A stretch of 64,000 nt of DNA from Amoebophrya sp. A120 (taxonomy: Eukaryota; Protista; Dinoflagellata), in assembly GCA_905178155.1 (NCBI GenBank), contig CAJINV010000003.1:4215253-4279252 (forward strand), in the 5' to 3' direction. The notes beneath the pieces are model-generated. The model was given only the letters and a program-made list of their open reading frames with translations. It did no database searches and was not told where the DNA came from. Below are positions 13,801 to 24,820 of the stretch, one piece after another. Position 1 is the first letter of the stretch. Each line of letters begins with the position of its first letter. A program made the position numbers and the translations under genes.

Positions 13801-14413
13801 GCCATTTGCTCCAATCCAGCTCGATTCCGAACAAAGAGCGCAGCGTTCCCTTAGGATCGTTGTTGATGTCATGATCTACATTCCACTTGTCGATGCTCCG
13901 CTGCTTCCAGCCCGTGAAACCAAACTCGCGCAGCAAGCTAGCCCCGCACTTGATCGCCAGCACGCCGGCAAGGTAAGGCTTGTTGCTACTACTACTGCCG
14001 GACCCCGACCCCGACTCTGGCATGAAAAGAAAGGGCGGGCCTTCTGGCTTCGCGGGCTCTAGGTAGCCTTGGTGCCGCCTTCTCTTACTTCCGTGACTCG
14101 AAGTGGAACTTGATGTCGCCGGGCTTTGGTCCCCGCGCCGCTTGCGAGCGGAAAACCGGATAGTTCTGGCATTTGCTGCCGGAGATGTTGTACTATCCGG
14201 TCTCGCGCCAAACCGGTCCTCCGCATCGATATCAGAATCGTCTGTGACGAGTACGGAGGAGGATGACGAAGTAGAGCTACCGGACAACGACGAGCTGCTC
14301 TCGCTTCTGCAGTCTGCCGTTCCGCGTTCGCCGGGCCCGCCCGCTTGTGCGGAACGCGTGGGGGCCCCAGACGGACGCGAAAACCCAATTTTGTAGTTGC
14401 CATGATACGCCAT
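1824..14413 (-). CDS. Giant (~3849 aa) protein with four tandem pairs of PDZ-like domains, a coiled-coil/low-complexity centre and a helical (ARM/HEAT-like) C-terminus; 5 exons
   Basis: 3341-aa ORF 4388-14413 continues through exons 14413-4395, 4146-3683, 3425-2929, 2612-2357, 2137-1824 (sum 11550 nt = 3850 codons, ends TAG). Repeated module LFG(F/I/M)xL(D/Y)(W/F)xx(W/F/Y)Px(V/L/I)...G(L/V)xxGDx(L/V) is PDZ-like. One GT-AG intron (2613-2928) and three TIR/TSD introns. Confidence 0.8.
2143..2356. mobile_element. Introner A: TAT...ATA MITE-like element acting as a non-canonical intron
   Basis: Degenerate TIRs (tatcaaccaaaaaaatttcgtcac vs rc tatggaaagaaaaaagttcgtcgc, similarity extends ~65 bp). 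TSD tcttc 2138-2142 / tctcc 2357-2361. Removing 219 nt gives LLEE-NGVKDVDC and removes an in-frame TAG. Confidence 0.8.
3431..3682. mobile_element. Introner B: TAT...ATA MITE-like element acting as a non-canonical intron
   Basis: 30-bp TIRs 3431-3460 / 3653-3682 (29/30 identical, TATCAAATGTAAAAATGTCTGRGTCTGGAA). Perfect TSD TCTGG 3426-3430 / 3683-3687. Removing 257 nt gives VSKAQ-IVHTAHYAL in frame. Confidence 0.93.
4152..4394. mobile_element. Introner C: TAT...ATA MITE-like element acting as a non-canonical intron
   Basis: ~43-bp imperfect TIRs 4152-4194 / 4351-4394. TSD tgggt 4147-4151 / tggat 4395-4399. Removing 248 nt gives VRPPI-QKKQLDRLHY in frame. A GT-AG alternative 4146-4411 is also in frame. 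Confidence 0.82.
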
Positions 14414-15508
14414 AGCTACAAACTGGTCGCCAAGAAAATTTCGGTGTCAGTCGGTCGCTCGAGGGGGTGCATGTGGCAGCACACACTCCGCCAAACGGCG
14501 GCCACCGCCAGCGGATTTAAAAATTCCACCAGCTGCTGAGAATGATGTACTGAATGTTCTGCGAAACGACCTCACCGACCCATCCTCGGTTAAATAAAGT
14601 TCCATGTCGGTCTGAATGGGAGAGATAATCATTGAAGTCAGAAAGAAGACGAAGATGCCCATTGCATTTGCAGGGTCGTTCCTCCGATTCGTCCAAAAAC
14701 AAAACACACTTTTTCGCTCACGAAAATCGCATTTTGAAGCCTACTCGCTTCTCAGATGAACACTTCTCTCTCGACAAGGCGACACTCAAATTGTCTTGTC
14801 CTCTGCAAGCAAGTTCCCTCGTCAACAGACAGTACAAACTTCACTAGGCACAACGGTAAATAGCATTCCCAACGGGTGTAGGCAGCGTACACCCGTGCAG
14901 GAGAATTAGAAGCGAAAAGGTTCCCCTTCAAGAAAAAACGCCGAAAAAAAATGGAAAACGATCGGCATCATGATCGAACACAGCGCTGCGCGACGTGGTG
15001 TTCCTCCTGTTGGTTAGTCTGCGTTGACCACGACATTCCGGACTCCATTCTCAACAACGAACAAAAAGTAAAAGCGAAATCCTCAACACTGTCCATACGA
15101 AACGATCCGGGAAATTCCGCGACATGTTGACACTCACGTCACTGCTTCTCCGGGAGCAGCATGATAGTTGTCACTCTGGCTACTGTAGAAGTGTAAGGAT
15201 GAAGTCACAGTCAGTGTCAACAAGTTAGAACGAACATTCTTCTCAAAGGTAGCAAAACAGTACAGATAAACGTCATATGCAGCTGCAGCTCGTCAGCCTA
15301 CATATATGCAAGAGAGTAGTGTAGCTGAATCGGTAAAAAATCTAGGTCTAGGTTACGAAGCAGTCGCAGATCGATGAAAAACATCCCGGGAGAGGGGGAA
15401 ATCAAATACAAATTCCCCGTTTTATACATCAAAGCCAAAACGAAAAGGGAAAGAATTACGGACTGCTAATGCTCTACACATGCTAACTGTACGATCGGTA
15501 GATCAGCT

Positions 15509-17912
15509 CTATGACTTCGTCCATAGATTCTGGAAGTCGCTGGAGGTTGACGCTACCCCGCGCTTCGTCGGAAGCCACGGCTCGTCCGCCGGTTGCGGGT
15601 AAGAATACGATCCTGCAGAACTTCCCCGTCGACCACTGTTGCTGGCTCTTACACTGCTTTTCTTTTTTTCCGGAACGGGCACACCCACTGCAACCTGCGC
15701 ACTTGAGCTGGTTCTCGTACTTCTGCGGGCCCCAAAACCCGGTGCGGGAGGAGACGAATCGCGCTCCGCGGGGAAGGCCCTGTTGATTACATACGATTTA
15801 CGTAAACGTAGTGAAGATGAAAGCATCAATGGAATCAACAGACGGAAACGGATTGACATACAAATTAATACTGAATCAGCTGCACTACAACACGCGCACC
15901 AAACTGCAATGCATCGTCGCCTTTCCATGTACTTATACCAAAACTCAAAAGAGCAAACAAACATAGTTAGAGTACCATCCCTCCGGCCCCCTGGCACGTG
16001 TTAGCTTTGCTCCGCCCGAGGCTATTGCCTTTTCGCGTACCTCCAAATCCGATTCGGCGGACACGGAGACCAAACAGTCGGACGTTGCGTCGGAGTCTGC
16101 GTCGAGCTGCATTTCCTTTGGGACCGGTATGATGGTTTGCGTCCAGTACTTTTCCTGGTCGAATTTCGGGCCGTCCAGCAAGGTCCACTTGGGACTCTGG
16201 CCCCAGGGCCGCTGTTCCCGATAATTAAAGCCCTGCGGAAGATCCTCCGCATGATCCCCGTCGTTGCTGGCCCCGCCGACTCGGGCTCCACCAGCGTTAT
16301 TGTAGCGCATGTAGGCCGCTTGCCCCGCACCGCCGGGTCCGCGACCCCAGGCGTTGCGACGGCTGGACTTCTGCTCCGGAGGCTGCAACTTTGCGAGCGC
16401 CTCCACCACGTTCAGCATCTGGCCGTTCATCAACTCCCACATGCGGTTCTCCATCTCCGCCTGCCGCTTTTCGTTGGCCGCGTGGAACTCGGACACGAGC
16501 AGGACCAGGTTGTCGTTCATCGCCTCCCGCTGCTTCAGCAGCTCCTCGCTGTCCTCGGACCGCAACTCTTTCAAGGCCCGCAGGTACTCCTCCTGTTTCA
16601 TCCGCTCGAACTCCTTGTAGGCGCTGTTTGCGTCCTGGATCGGCTTGGAGAAGTCCGTCTGCTTCAGCCGCTGCAGCTCGAGGAAAATGGAGTTGCGGTC
16701 CCGCTGCACGCCCTCGTCGGATTTCTCCATGTTCAGCAGTTTGTCCGCGTGCTCCTGCTCCTGGAGGAACAGGTCGTCGAACTTCATCTGGTCCTTCTTC
16801 ATCAGTGCGTGGTACCGCTTGTCGTCGGCGTCAATCTGCGCCTGCAGCTGCGCCTTGCCCTTCTGCTTCTCCTGCAGCAGGTCCGCCCGGTGCTGCTGCG
16901 CCAGCCGGTTCAGGATGGTGGAGAACCCGCGACGCTGGTTCCCCAGCTCCGTGCGATACGCCAGGTCCCGCTCCCGTTCCACCAGGTTCAACCGGTCCAG
17001 AACTTCGACGTTCAAATCGGCTTTTGTCTTCAGCAAGTAGTTGCTCTGCTGCTGCGACTGCTTTTCCAACTCCGCGAACGCCCGTTGCCCGGTCGCGTAC
17101 AGTTGCGCCACGTCGGCGGTACCCTGCTGTTGCTGCTGCTGCAGGTGCGCGGAGAGCACGTTCTCGAAAAGCTCGCCAGTCGTTTTCTCCACGATGGAAG
17201 TAGAGGGCCGGCCACTGGATGAGGACGCCGGAAAGTTTACAGTGCCGTGGTCCACCTGGGAAGGAGAAGTGCGCATGGTGTCAGACGCCGGAAAGTTCAC
17301 GGTGCCATCCTGCGAAGCGCGTATGTTGGAGGTTGAAGAAGCTGGGTAATTCACAGTCCCGTGTTCCTGATCTTGACTCGCCCGCATAACCATAGAAGCG
17401 GCCGGAAAGTTGACGGTGCTTTTCCGATTTCTATCTCCGACGAAGCTCGGCGGCTGCTCGGGCACTTGTTGCGTGGACCGCGGATTCTGACCTGGGCTGC
17501 TCACGCGTTCGGAATAAAAAAGATGGACGGCTTTACTGGTGCCACTTCTATCTTGGTCCTCGGTTTTTTTGTTCCGACCTGTCTCACCCTTCGCATTTAT
17601 TTTCAGAAGGCCCTTCGCTGCATCGATCTCACCCTCCTCCGCGGACGACTCCGAGCTAGAGGAAGCCACTTCGTCCTCCAAGTCGCTGGGATAGTCTTCT
17701 CCGAGGCCGATCAGCCTGTCGGCCTCCGAGAACTTTCCGACGACAAAGCGGCCGGGGCGCACGGCATTCCGCAGAACCTGGCGACGGAAGAACGTGTCGT
17801 TGAAATACCGGCGAAGGGGCGTCTTTTGCCGCGGAACTCTCTCCTTCGGCAGCTCCGCGACGAAGAGGTCGTCGAAGCTGGATTTTTCGTGTAGAGCCCC
17901 CTGTTGACTCAT
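15509..17912 (-). CDS. Coiled-coil protein of unknown function, 2 exons
   Basis: 655-aa ORF with a long Q/E/K/L heptad-like central region. GT-AG intron 15780-15975 (TG|GTACTC...CAACAG|G) joins PEGW-AFPAERD to the ORF ending at 15509. Confidence 0.72.
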
Positions 17913-19045
17913 GATTTTTTATGAGCTTTTATTTGTAGTTGGATGAAAGTAAGTAGTTGTTAATGCGTGAGCCTTATAATTTGATTTTGATACTCAAATT
18001 ATACTTATCAAGGTGATACTGAAGCTCGAGTGCATCTACTTGGAATCAAGTGAGCAAGAACTTAGTTATCTTCTTCTTCAGTGGGGGAATAAAAGGGCTA
18101 AAAGACTTACTTACACACTGGTCTTGTCGGACATGCTTCAAAAATGGTTGGAATTGACGAGCACAGGTTGGAACGAGAAAGACAGGAGGGGTCTTCTACT
18201 TCTTGTTCTTCTTTCTTAGTTACGATTACGAAAACAAAACAAGCTCGGTGCTGCACGACAGGAAAGCACAAATACTAGCGGCGGCCATTGTATCATGATG
18301 CACGAAGACGACCGATTTTTCAACAACGTAAACATACGATACACAGAACAGAATTGATCACGACAAGCATGGAAATGTCAACGGCACAAATAGAAATATG
18401 ATTATGACGCAACCGCAAGGCGGCCTAAATAAAATCGGCATGGGCATTATCCGAGTGCACGAGACGAGACGATGACGAGCATCCAAAGTAACAGTGAATT
18501 ATCCACGGCAATCAGAGCGACGAGAACGTGCACATTACTTAAATTGGACAGCGCAAGGATGACCCGATACCGCTACCGATTGAATCCACGAAAAGCCATA
18601 TTTTTAATTTTATTGGAGTACGAAATCCGCGAAATTCTAAAATTTTATTTTTATTGAGCCTCATAGTCGTATGGCAAATGTACACCCAAAATACCTCAGA
18701 AGGGAAGCAAGTGCAGGCGTGCGACCGCAAACTAACTGCGCATCCTGCGGCTCCAGAACCTAAAAACCGAGAGCCCGGCGCACGTCGGAGGTGCAATCAG
18801 AACACAGTCTGTGACATCCATGCATGCAGTCCGCTTTCTGGGCCACGAAAGTGGACTCAGCTTTTCGCGGACTTGCCTTGCTCAAACGTAAGCGACGAAC
18901 CAAGGAAACACACATGCAAGGCAGGCGCCCGGCGGCTCCCCCTTTGCTGCGCGGAAAAAAAAACACCCGGGGCGAAGCGGGGCGGAGCCGGTATTTCACG
19001 GGGCTGGAAAGCCGGCTCGCCCACAAGCGGGGGGAGACAGCCAGG

Positions 19046-20591
19046 AGGCGCGCGCGGCGGCTTGCGCCTCCCGCGGGCCCAAAAACCTACCCGGCCCACG
19101 AGCACGGAAGGCGCGCGCCCGCCGGCGCCCATTTTGGCGCGAGGAAAAGTAGGCCCGCGCGGCGGAATACGCCTCCCGCGGGCCCAAAAACCTAGCCGGA
19201 AGGCGCGCGCCCGCCGGCGCCCATTTTGGCGCGAGGAAAAAAAGGCCCGCGCGGCGGAGTACGCCTCCCGCGGGCCCAAAAACCTAGCCGGAAGGCGCGC
19301 GCCCGCCGGAGCCCATTTTGGTGCGAGGCAAAAAAGGCCCGCGCGGCGGAGTACGCCTCCCGCGGGCCCAAAAACCTAGCCGGAAGGCGCGCGCCCGCCG
19401 GAGCCCATTTTGGTGCGAGGCAAAAAAGGCCCGCGCGGCGGAGTACGCCTCCCGCGGGCCCAAAAACCTAGCCGGAAGGCGCGCGCCCGCCGGAGCCCAT
19501 TTTGGTGCGAGGCAAAAAAGGCCCGCGCGGCGGAGTACGCCTCCCGCGGGCCCAAAAACCTAGCCGGAAGGCGCGCGCCCGCCGGAGCCCATTTTGGTGC
19601 GAGGCAAAAAAGGCCCGCGCGGCGGAGTACGCCTCCCGCGGGCCCAAAAACCTAGCCGGAAGGCGCGCGCCCGCCGGAGCCCATTTTGGTGCGAGGCAAA
19701 AAAGGCCCGCGCGGCGGAGTACGCCTCCCGCGGGCCCAAAAACCTAGCCGGAAGGCGCGCGCCCGGCGGAGCCCATTTTGGTGCGAGGCAAAAAAGGCCC
19801 GCGCGGCGGAGTACGCCTCCCGCGGGCCCAAAAACCTAGCCGGAAGGCGCGCGCCCGCCGGAGCCCATTTTGGTGCGAGGCAAAAAAGGCCCGCGCGGCG
19901 GAGTACGCCTCCCGCGGGCCCAAAAACCTAGCCGGAAGGCGCGCGCCCGCCGGAGCCCATTTTGGTGCGAGGCAAAAAAGGCCCGCGCGGCGGAGTACGC
20001 CTCCCGCGGGCCCAAAAACCTAGCCGGAAGGCGCGCGCCCGGCGGAGCCCATTTTGGTGCGAGGCAAAAAAGGCCCGCGCGGCGGAGTACGCCTCCCGCG
20101 GGCCCAAAAACCTAGCCGGAAGGCGCGCGCCCGCCGGAGCCCATTTTGGTGCGAGGCAAAAAAGGCCCGCGCGGCGGAGTACGCCTCCCGCGGGCCCAAA
20201 AACCTAGCCGGAAGGCGCGCGCCCGCCGGAGCCCATTTTGGTGCGAGGCAAAAAAGGCCCGCGCGGCGGAGTACGCCTCCCGCGGGCCCAAAAACCTAGC
20301 CGGAAGGCGCGCGCCCGCCGGAGCCCATTTTGGTGCGAGGCAAAAAAGGCCCGCGCGGCGGAGTACGCCTCCCGCGGGCCCAAAAACCTAGCCGGAAGGC
20401 GCGCGCCCGCCGGAGCCCATTTTGGTGCGAGGCAAAAAAGGCCCGCGCGGCGGAGTACGCCTCCCGCGGGCCCAAAAACCTAGCCGGAAGGCGCGCGCCC
20501 GCCGGAGCCCATTTTGGTGCGAGGCAAAAAAGGCCCACGCGGCGGAGTACGCCTCCCGCGAACCCAAAAACCTAGCCGGAAGGCGCGCGCC
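19046..20591. repeat. GC-rich 92-bp tandem repeat array, ~17 copies
   Basis: Unit CCATTTTGGTGCGAGGCAAAAAAGGCCCGCGCGGCGGAGTACGCCTCCCGCGGGCCCAAAAACCTAGCCGGAAGGCGCGCGCCCGCCGGAGC. The identical 81-aa ORFs in the ORF track start every 92 nt. Edge copies are diverged, the interior is near-identical. Confidence 0.97.
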
Positions 20592-20896
20592 TCACAGCTG
20601 CTTTTAAAACAATGTTCAAAATGCTCCGGAACAGTTCTTGGCTTTGCCGCTTTCGTCGATGTCCTTGTTCTTCGTGACTGATGGGCTATCAATATGAGTA
20701 CCAACGTATTTCGGCATCAGCTTCTACGATACCCAAAGCAGGCCCTCGCACTGCCGTCAACACGAAGCAAATTGATTGCGACTGCGAATTTCAAGTTGTC
20801 GGATATCGTTCGTGACCTGATGATCAAAATAAAACACAGGTATATCACAGACACTATTTCTAATTAAGAAAGAATAATGAATAACTACATCAAGCT

Positions 20897-22273
20897 TCAA
20901 TCTGCAACAAAATCGAACGCAAGTAGCGGGAGAACTTCTGTTCCTGCAGCGGTGTCCTGCCCTACGTCGTGCTGATGGAAAATTGGCGTCGATTGTTTTG
21001 AGGCAGAAGCAGCTGTGGTTGGAATCAGCATTCGGCGGTCGACAAGGTCACGCAAACATGCAAAAACAGCGGCTCCGCCGCTCACATGTGTTGATGCTTC
21101 GGAAAATTTGAAGTCCTTCAAAACCCCGATGTCCGCGGCTTTTTTCGCTTCCTCGAGAAACTGAACCGGCGGCTTCGCACTTTTCAGCTTCTTCCCTGCA
21201 GCTTCGACTTCTGCAAGCACAGCTCCCTTCTTGGTAAAAACAGTTGTATCGGGAAAACTTTTGTTCCTTGCCTGCTCTGCTTCTCCAGCTTCCCGCGACG
21301 GGGCGTCGAAGTAGGTGTAGGACAAGTGAGGCATGAGAAGGCAGGGGAGGGTCTGATCGCAGTTGACGCGCTTGCACTGAAATAGGGCCTTCCATATGCA
21401 GAGTGCCGTGAGGAAACTGCCTATGGGTGAGGGGTGCGCGCGTCCGTCGTCGTGGTAAAGCCCGTCTTCATGAAACAAGCTGCTACTGCCTTCGTTCTTG
21501 GTACTAGAGGTGCCCCGTCCGCCGGCTCCAACCGCGGGAGGCGTGCGCAGCCGCTGCCGCTGGCAATACTGTCGCACCTCGTACCAGACTCGCCCGATAG
21601 GGAGTAGCTGCGCGTTGGGGATGTTTCCCGTCCGGCACAGTTCTACGTACTGCATACATCCGGCTTCCAGCGCTTCCATGTGCTCCCTCTCCGACGAGAA
21701 TGAGATGTTCATGTTGGCGTCACCACTTTCTACCAGCCCAGCCTTCGCTTTGCTGTTTTCGTCTGCAAACATGAAGCTTGCTCGCGCGTGAGTAGCGTAG
21801 AACAACACGCGTTTGGTCCGGTTGCGCGAGTCCCTTTCCAGGTCTGCGGCAGAAGACTCGAGGGGGATTTTCTTTTTCTTGTTTCGCTTGTCCAGTTTCC
21901 GCCGTTCCTCGTCCTCCGGAGTCGTCCCAGCCCACACGCGCAAGGCAGGAACGTAGACTTTCTGCAGGACTTCCAAACTTTTTTCCCTCATCTGGGGCAG
22001 GCACGGCCCCATGGAGAAGTCCTGCAGCACGATCACATCCGGGTCGAAACCGCCGCGCAGGATAGCGACAAAGTCCTCCGCGAAATCCTCCAGCGACTTG
22101 CCCCCTTCCGACAACTGCAGGATGCGCAGGTTGTACTTTTTCGCGCTTTCGCTTTTGCTGTTCGCGTTTTCAGCGGCCTGCTCTCGGCCTTGTTCACCAT
22201 CCCGGAAAACGCGGAGAAGGTGCTGCAGGTTGTGATAGTACAAGTAGCTATTACCAACAAGCAGCAGCTTCAT
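20897..22273 (-). CDS. SGNH/GDSL-type hydrolase (DUF4886-like)
   Basis: N-terminal LLVGNSY block, DVIVLQD block and C-terminal DGRAHPSPIGSFL catalytic-His block; intronless, 458 aa. Confidence 0.75.
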   Translation of the reverse strand: MKLLLVGNSYLYYHNLQHLLRVFRDGEQGREQAAENANSKSESAKKYNLRILQLSEGGKSLEDFAEDFVAILRGGFDPDVIVLQDFSMGPCLPQMREKSLEVLQKVYVPALRVWAGTTPEDEERRKLDKRNKKKKIPLESSAADLERDSRNRTKRVLFYATHARASFMFADENSKAKAGLVESGDANMNISFSSEREHMEALEAGCMQYVELCRTGNIPNAQLLPIGRVWYEVRQYCQRQRLRTPPAVGAGGRGTSSTKNEGSSSLFHEDGLYHDDGRAHPSPIGSFLTALCIWKALFQCKRVNCDQTLPCLLMPHLSYTYFDAPSREAGEAEQARNKSFPDTTVFTKKGAVLAEVEAAGKKLKSAKPPVQFLEEAKKAADIGVLKDFKFSEASTHVSGGAAVFACLRDLVDRRMLIPTTAASASKQSTPIFHQHDVGQDTAAGTEVLPLLAFDFVAD

Positions 22274-22951
22274 CTTCGTAATGAATTTACAACCAACGCG
22301 TTTTTCTTTTTGCTGTTCTAGTACTTGTTGACGAGCAGAAGCAACAATTTCAATAAAACTGTTATCTATACTGTATGGAAGGACAAATACACCTCACACA
22401 AAACGCAGTCGCAGCCGCACGCAACGTACAGAACGACAACCACAAACACAAAGAGAGCTCTAGTAGTCACAGGTTTAGATTAGAAGCATACTTGTACTTC
22501 ATCGAGGTGAATAAGTCCGTCGGTCGGAATCGAATTTTGAGAGGCTATACGTTACTAAAGAAAAAAAATTCAGCAACATCATCACAGCAAAAAACTACCG
22601 AATTCGAGAGTCTTCCTCTACTTGTACGTGAAGAAGCGAAAGAAAACCATAGCGGTGCTTCAACACCTTAGCGTCCGGCTCGGACGACGAGGTGGTCCTC
22701 TTTGGTGTCCTGGGGAACACCTGGTTCTTCGTCAGTAGTTGTACTTGGAAGTGTACAACAAGCACGGCTGCGCTATCTTACAGCTGCATCCGTAGTTCCT
22801 TGTTTGTATATTGTTCGTGCGTGCCGTCATAATTCTCGCCCAAGCCAGTGCATTCGCACGTAAGAATCTGGGACAGAGATGGAAAAGGAAGTTGTCGCGG
22901 TCGTGTTCGTGACTATCTTCGTTAGTCGGAGAACAAGCCCTGCTGGCTTGA

Positions 22952-24820
22952 TCAATTCATATCTCTCATAGATTTGTGCTTGCCTCCAATCGGGTTGCGA
23001 TATCGACGATACCACCCCAAGTTCGGAAAGTCGTTTATTTGGTCGTCAGCAATGTCCCGCAGCTGCTGCTGTACTTCATTTTCTACCTTTTTGTCTTCTG
23101 TCAAGCTGTCCTGTGATGAAGATGCAGATGCGAGGACGTCAACATTTCTGAGGCGCTCGTCGGACGTTATGGAACTGCCATGGCCAGCATCTGCCGATAC
23201 ATGCGCCTGTTCTTCGGGTCGCGGGGCAATGATCGGCCTGCTGTTCGCATCTAAATTCACTATTCTTCGCTGCGGTGCGGAAAGTGCTTGCGCAGCCTGC
23301 CTCTCTGTTTCCCATTTTTTGCGTTCCCCGCGCAGTTCTCTCGTGACCACATCGAGCATCTCGTCGATGCTCGTGCTCTTCCCCACTTTTTCCCGCAACT
23401 TGGGAAAAGTCTGCAACCCGGCGTAAAGCATGTGGAAGCAGTGCGCCTTGACACACTTGAATTTCGCGTCTGTTTGTTTTGCGTAGTGGGCGTATTCCTC
23501 GAAAATGATGTCCTGCGGCTTTCGCTGGTGGATTTTTACTCCCCCAGTGCTGACACCCCCGTTCGTACCACAACTCGTCCACGTCGGTCGGAATGCAAAC
23601 AACTGCGGGTCCTCGAGCAGTGCCTCGGAGCTCATGACCGCGTCGCAACCTGTGTACTCGAAACACCTCTCCACGTCCGCGTAGTTTTCGATTCCCCCAT
23701 TGCTGAAAATCGGCACCTTGTCCCCTCGGTTCCTAAACTTTTCCTTGATCAGCCGCGCCGCTTCCCAATCCACCTGCTTCACGTGCTGGCCCTTCTCCTC
23801 TTTGGTCCTTCCGTGTATGGTGATGGCGGAGACGCCGCTGTGCAGCAGCGACTCGCACAGGTTCAGCGTCTCCTGGTAACTGTTGCTGTTGTTCACCTTG
23901 CGGATCTTGCAGGTGGCGGGCACTCGTTTCAGATTTTTTGCCAGGGTGCTGATGACGCCGCATATCAGATCTGGCTCCTCCAAAAGGTAGGCCCCGTAGT
24001 GGCCCTTCTTCGCGATTCCCTGGGGACAACCGCAGTTCAGGTCCACGCCCGCAACGAACGGCTCCACCAGTCGAGCGGCCGCGAGCACCACCGACGGGGT
24101 GTCACCGCAAAACTGGGCGATCACCTTGTTTCTCTCTCTACTAGAAGTCGAAAACTCGCGCTCGAGGAACTTATTGACAACGCCGTTTGTAGTCGTCGAC
24201 GCCGCACGCGCGCCAATGCTGTTGTTAGTAATGGTGTTCGCAGTTGTGTTCAACATCGTCGTCCCCAAGTGGGCAGCTCCTCCTGCTGCGTCGCTAGTAC
24301 CAATCGAACTAGCTTCCATGGTTCTACTAGTACAACTTGTCCCAGGCGGTGACACAACGCTATCAAACACGGGGTTATACTGCCGCGCCACGGCTTGGTA
24401 TGACGAGGATGCCAGCAACAGATCTTCCACCTCCGAGCTGTAACTGCCGTGCTGCACTAGGTTCTGGTACAATCCTTGATCCACGGACTGCAAGACCATT
24501 TTCGAGTTAATCATCGGGGTGTAGCACAAGTCGGTCCCGTAGTCCAGGCACAACAAGCGAAAGGCGAGCTCGCTCTGGTCCACCATCGGAGCGCAAATGT
24601 GTCTCGGCGAATCCAGCACATTCTCGTACCAATCGAAGCCGTGGCGTTTTGTTCTTGATGTGGTACAAGAACTTGGAGATGTTGTAGGTCCGCACTTCCA
24701 CTTTGCTCCTTCCTGCTCGGTACTATGGTCTTGTTCTCGTGGGGAACAAGAGGTCGACGGGGTCTCCTCCACAACGACCTTGCGCCGCTTGCTTTCGTCA
24801 TCCTCGGAAGATAATGCCAT
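22952..24820 (-). CDS. DUS1: tRNA-dihydrouridine synthase, DUS1-like
   Basis: APMVDQSELAFRLLC, YTPM, QFCG, VDLNCGCPQGIAKKGHYGAYLL, TCKIR, HGRT, NGGI and DAVMSSE motifs. Start taken at ATG 24820 (ORF open from 24880). Confidence 0.92.
   Translation of the reverse strand: MALSSEDDESKRRKVVVEETPSTSCSPREQDHSTEQEGAKWKCGPTTSPSSCTTSRTKRHGFDWYENVLDSPRHICAPMVDQSELAFRLLCLDYGTDLCYTPMINSKMVLQSVDQGLYQNLVQHGSYSSEVEDLLLASSSYQAVARQYNPVFDSVVSPPGTSCTSRTMEASSIGTSDAAGGAAHLGTTMLNTTANTITNNSIGARAASTTTNGVVNKFLEREFSTSSRERNKVIAQFCGDTPSVVLAAARLVEPFVAGVDLNCGCPQGIAKKGHYGAYLLEEPDLICGVISTLAKNLKRVPATCKIRKVNNSNSYQETLNLCESLLHSGVSAITIHGRTKEEKGQHVKQVDWEAARLIKEKFRNRGDKVPIFSNGGIENYADVERCFEYTGCDAVMSSEALLEDPQLFAFRPTWTSCGTNGGVSTGGVKIHQRKPQDIIFEEYAHYAKQTDAKFKCVKAHCFHMLYAGLQTFPKLREKVGKSTSIDEMLDVVTRELRGERKKWETERQAAQALSAPQRRIVNLDANSRPIIAPRPEEQAHVSADAGHGSSITSDERLRNVDVLASASSSQDSLTEDKKVENEVQQQLRDIADDQINDFPNLGWYRRYRNPIGGKHKSMRDMN

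Noticed and set aside
19046-20591. CRISPR array, or the repeated 81-aa ORFs as genes
   Set aside because: Units are contiguous and identical with no unique spacers and no cas genes; the ORFs are by-products of the 92-bp period.
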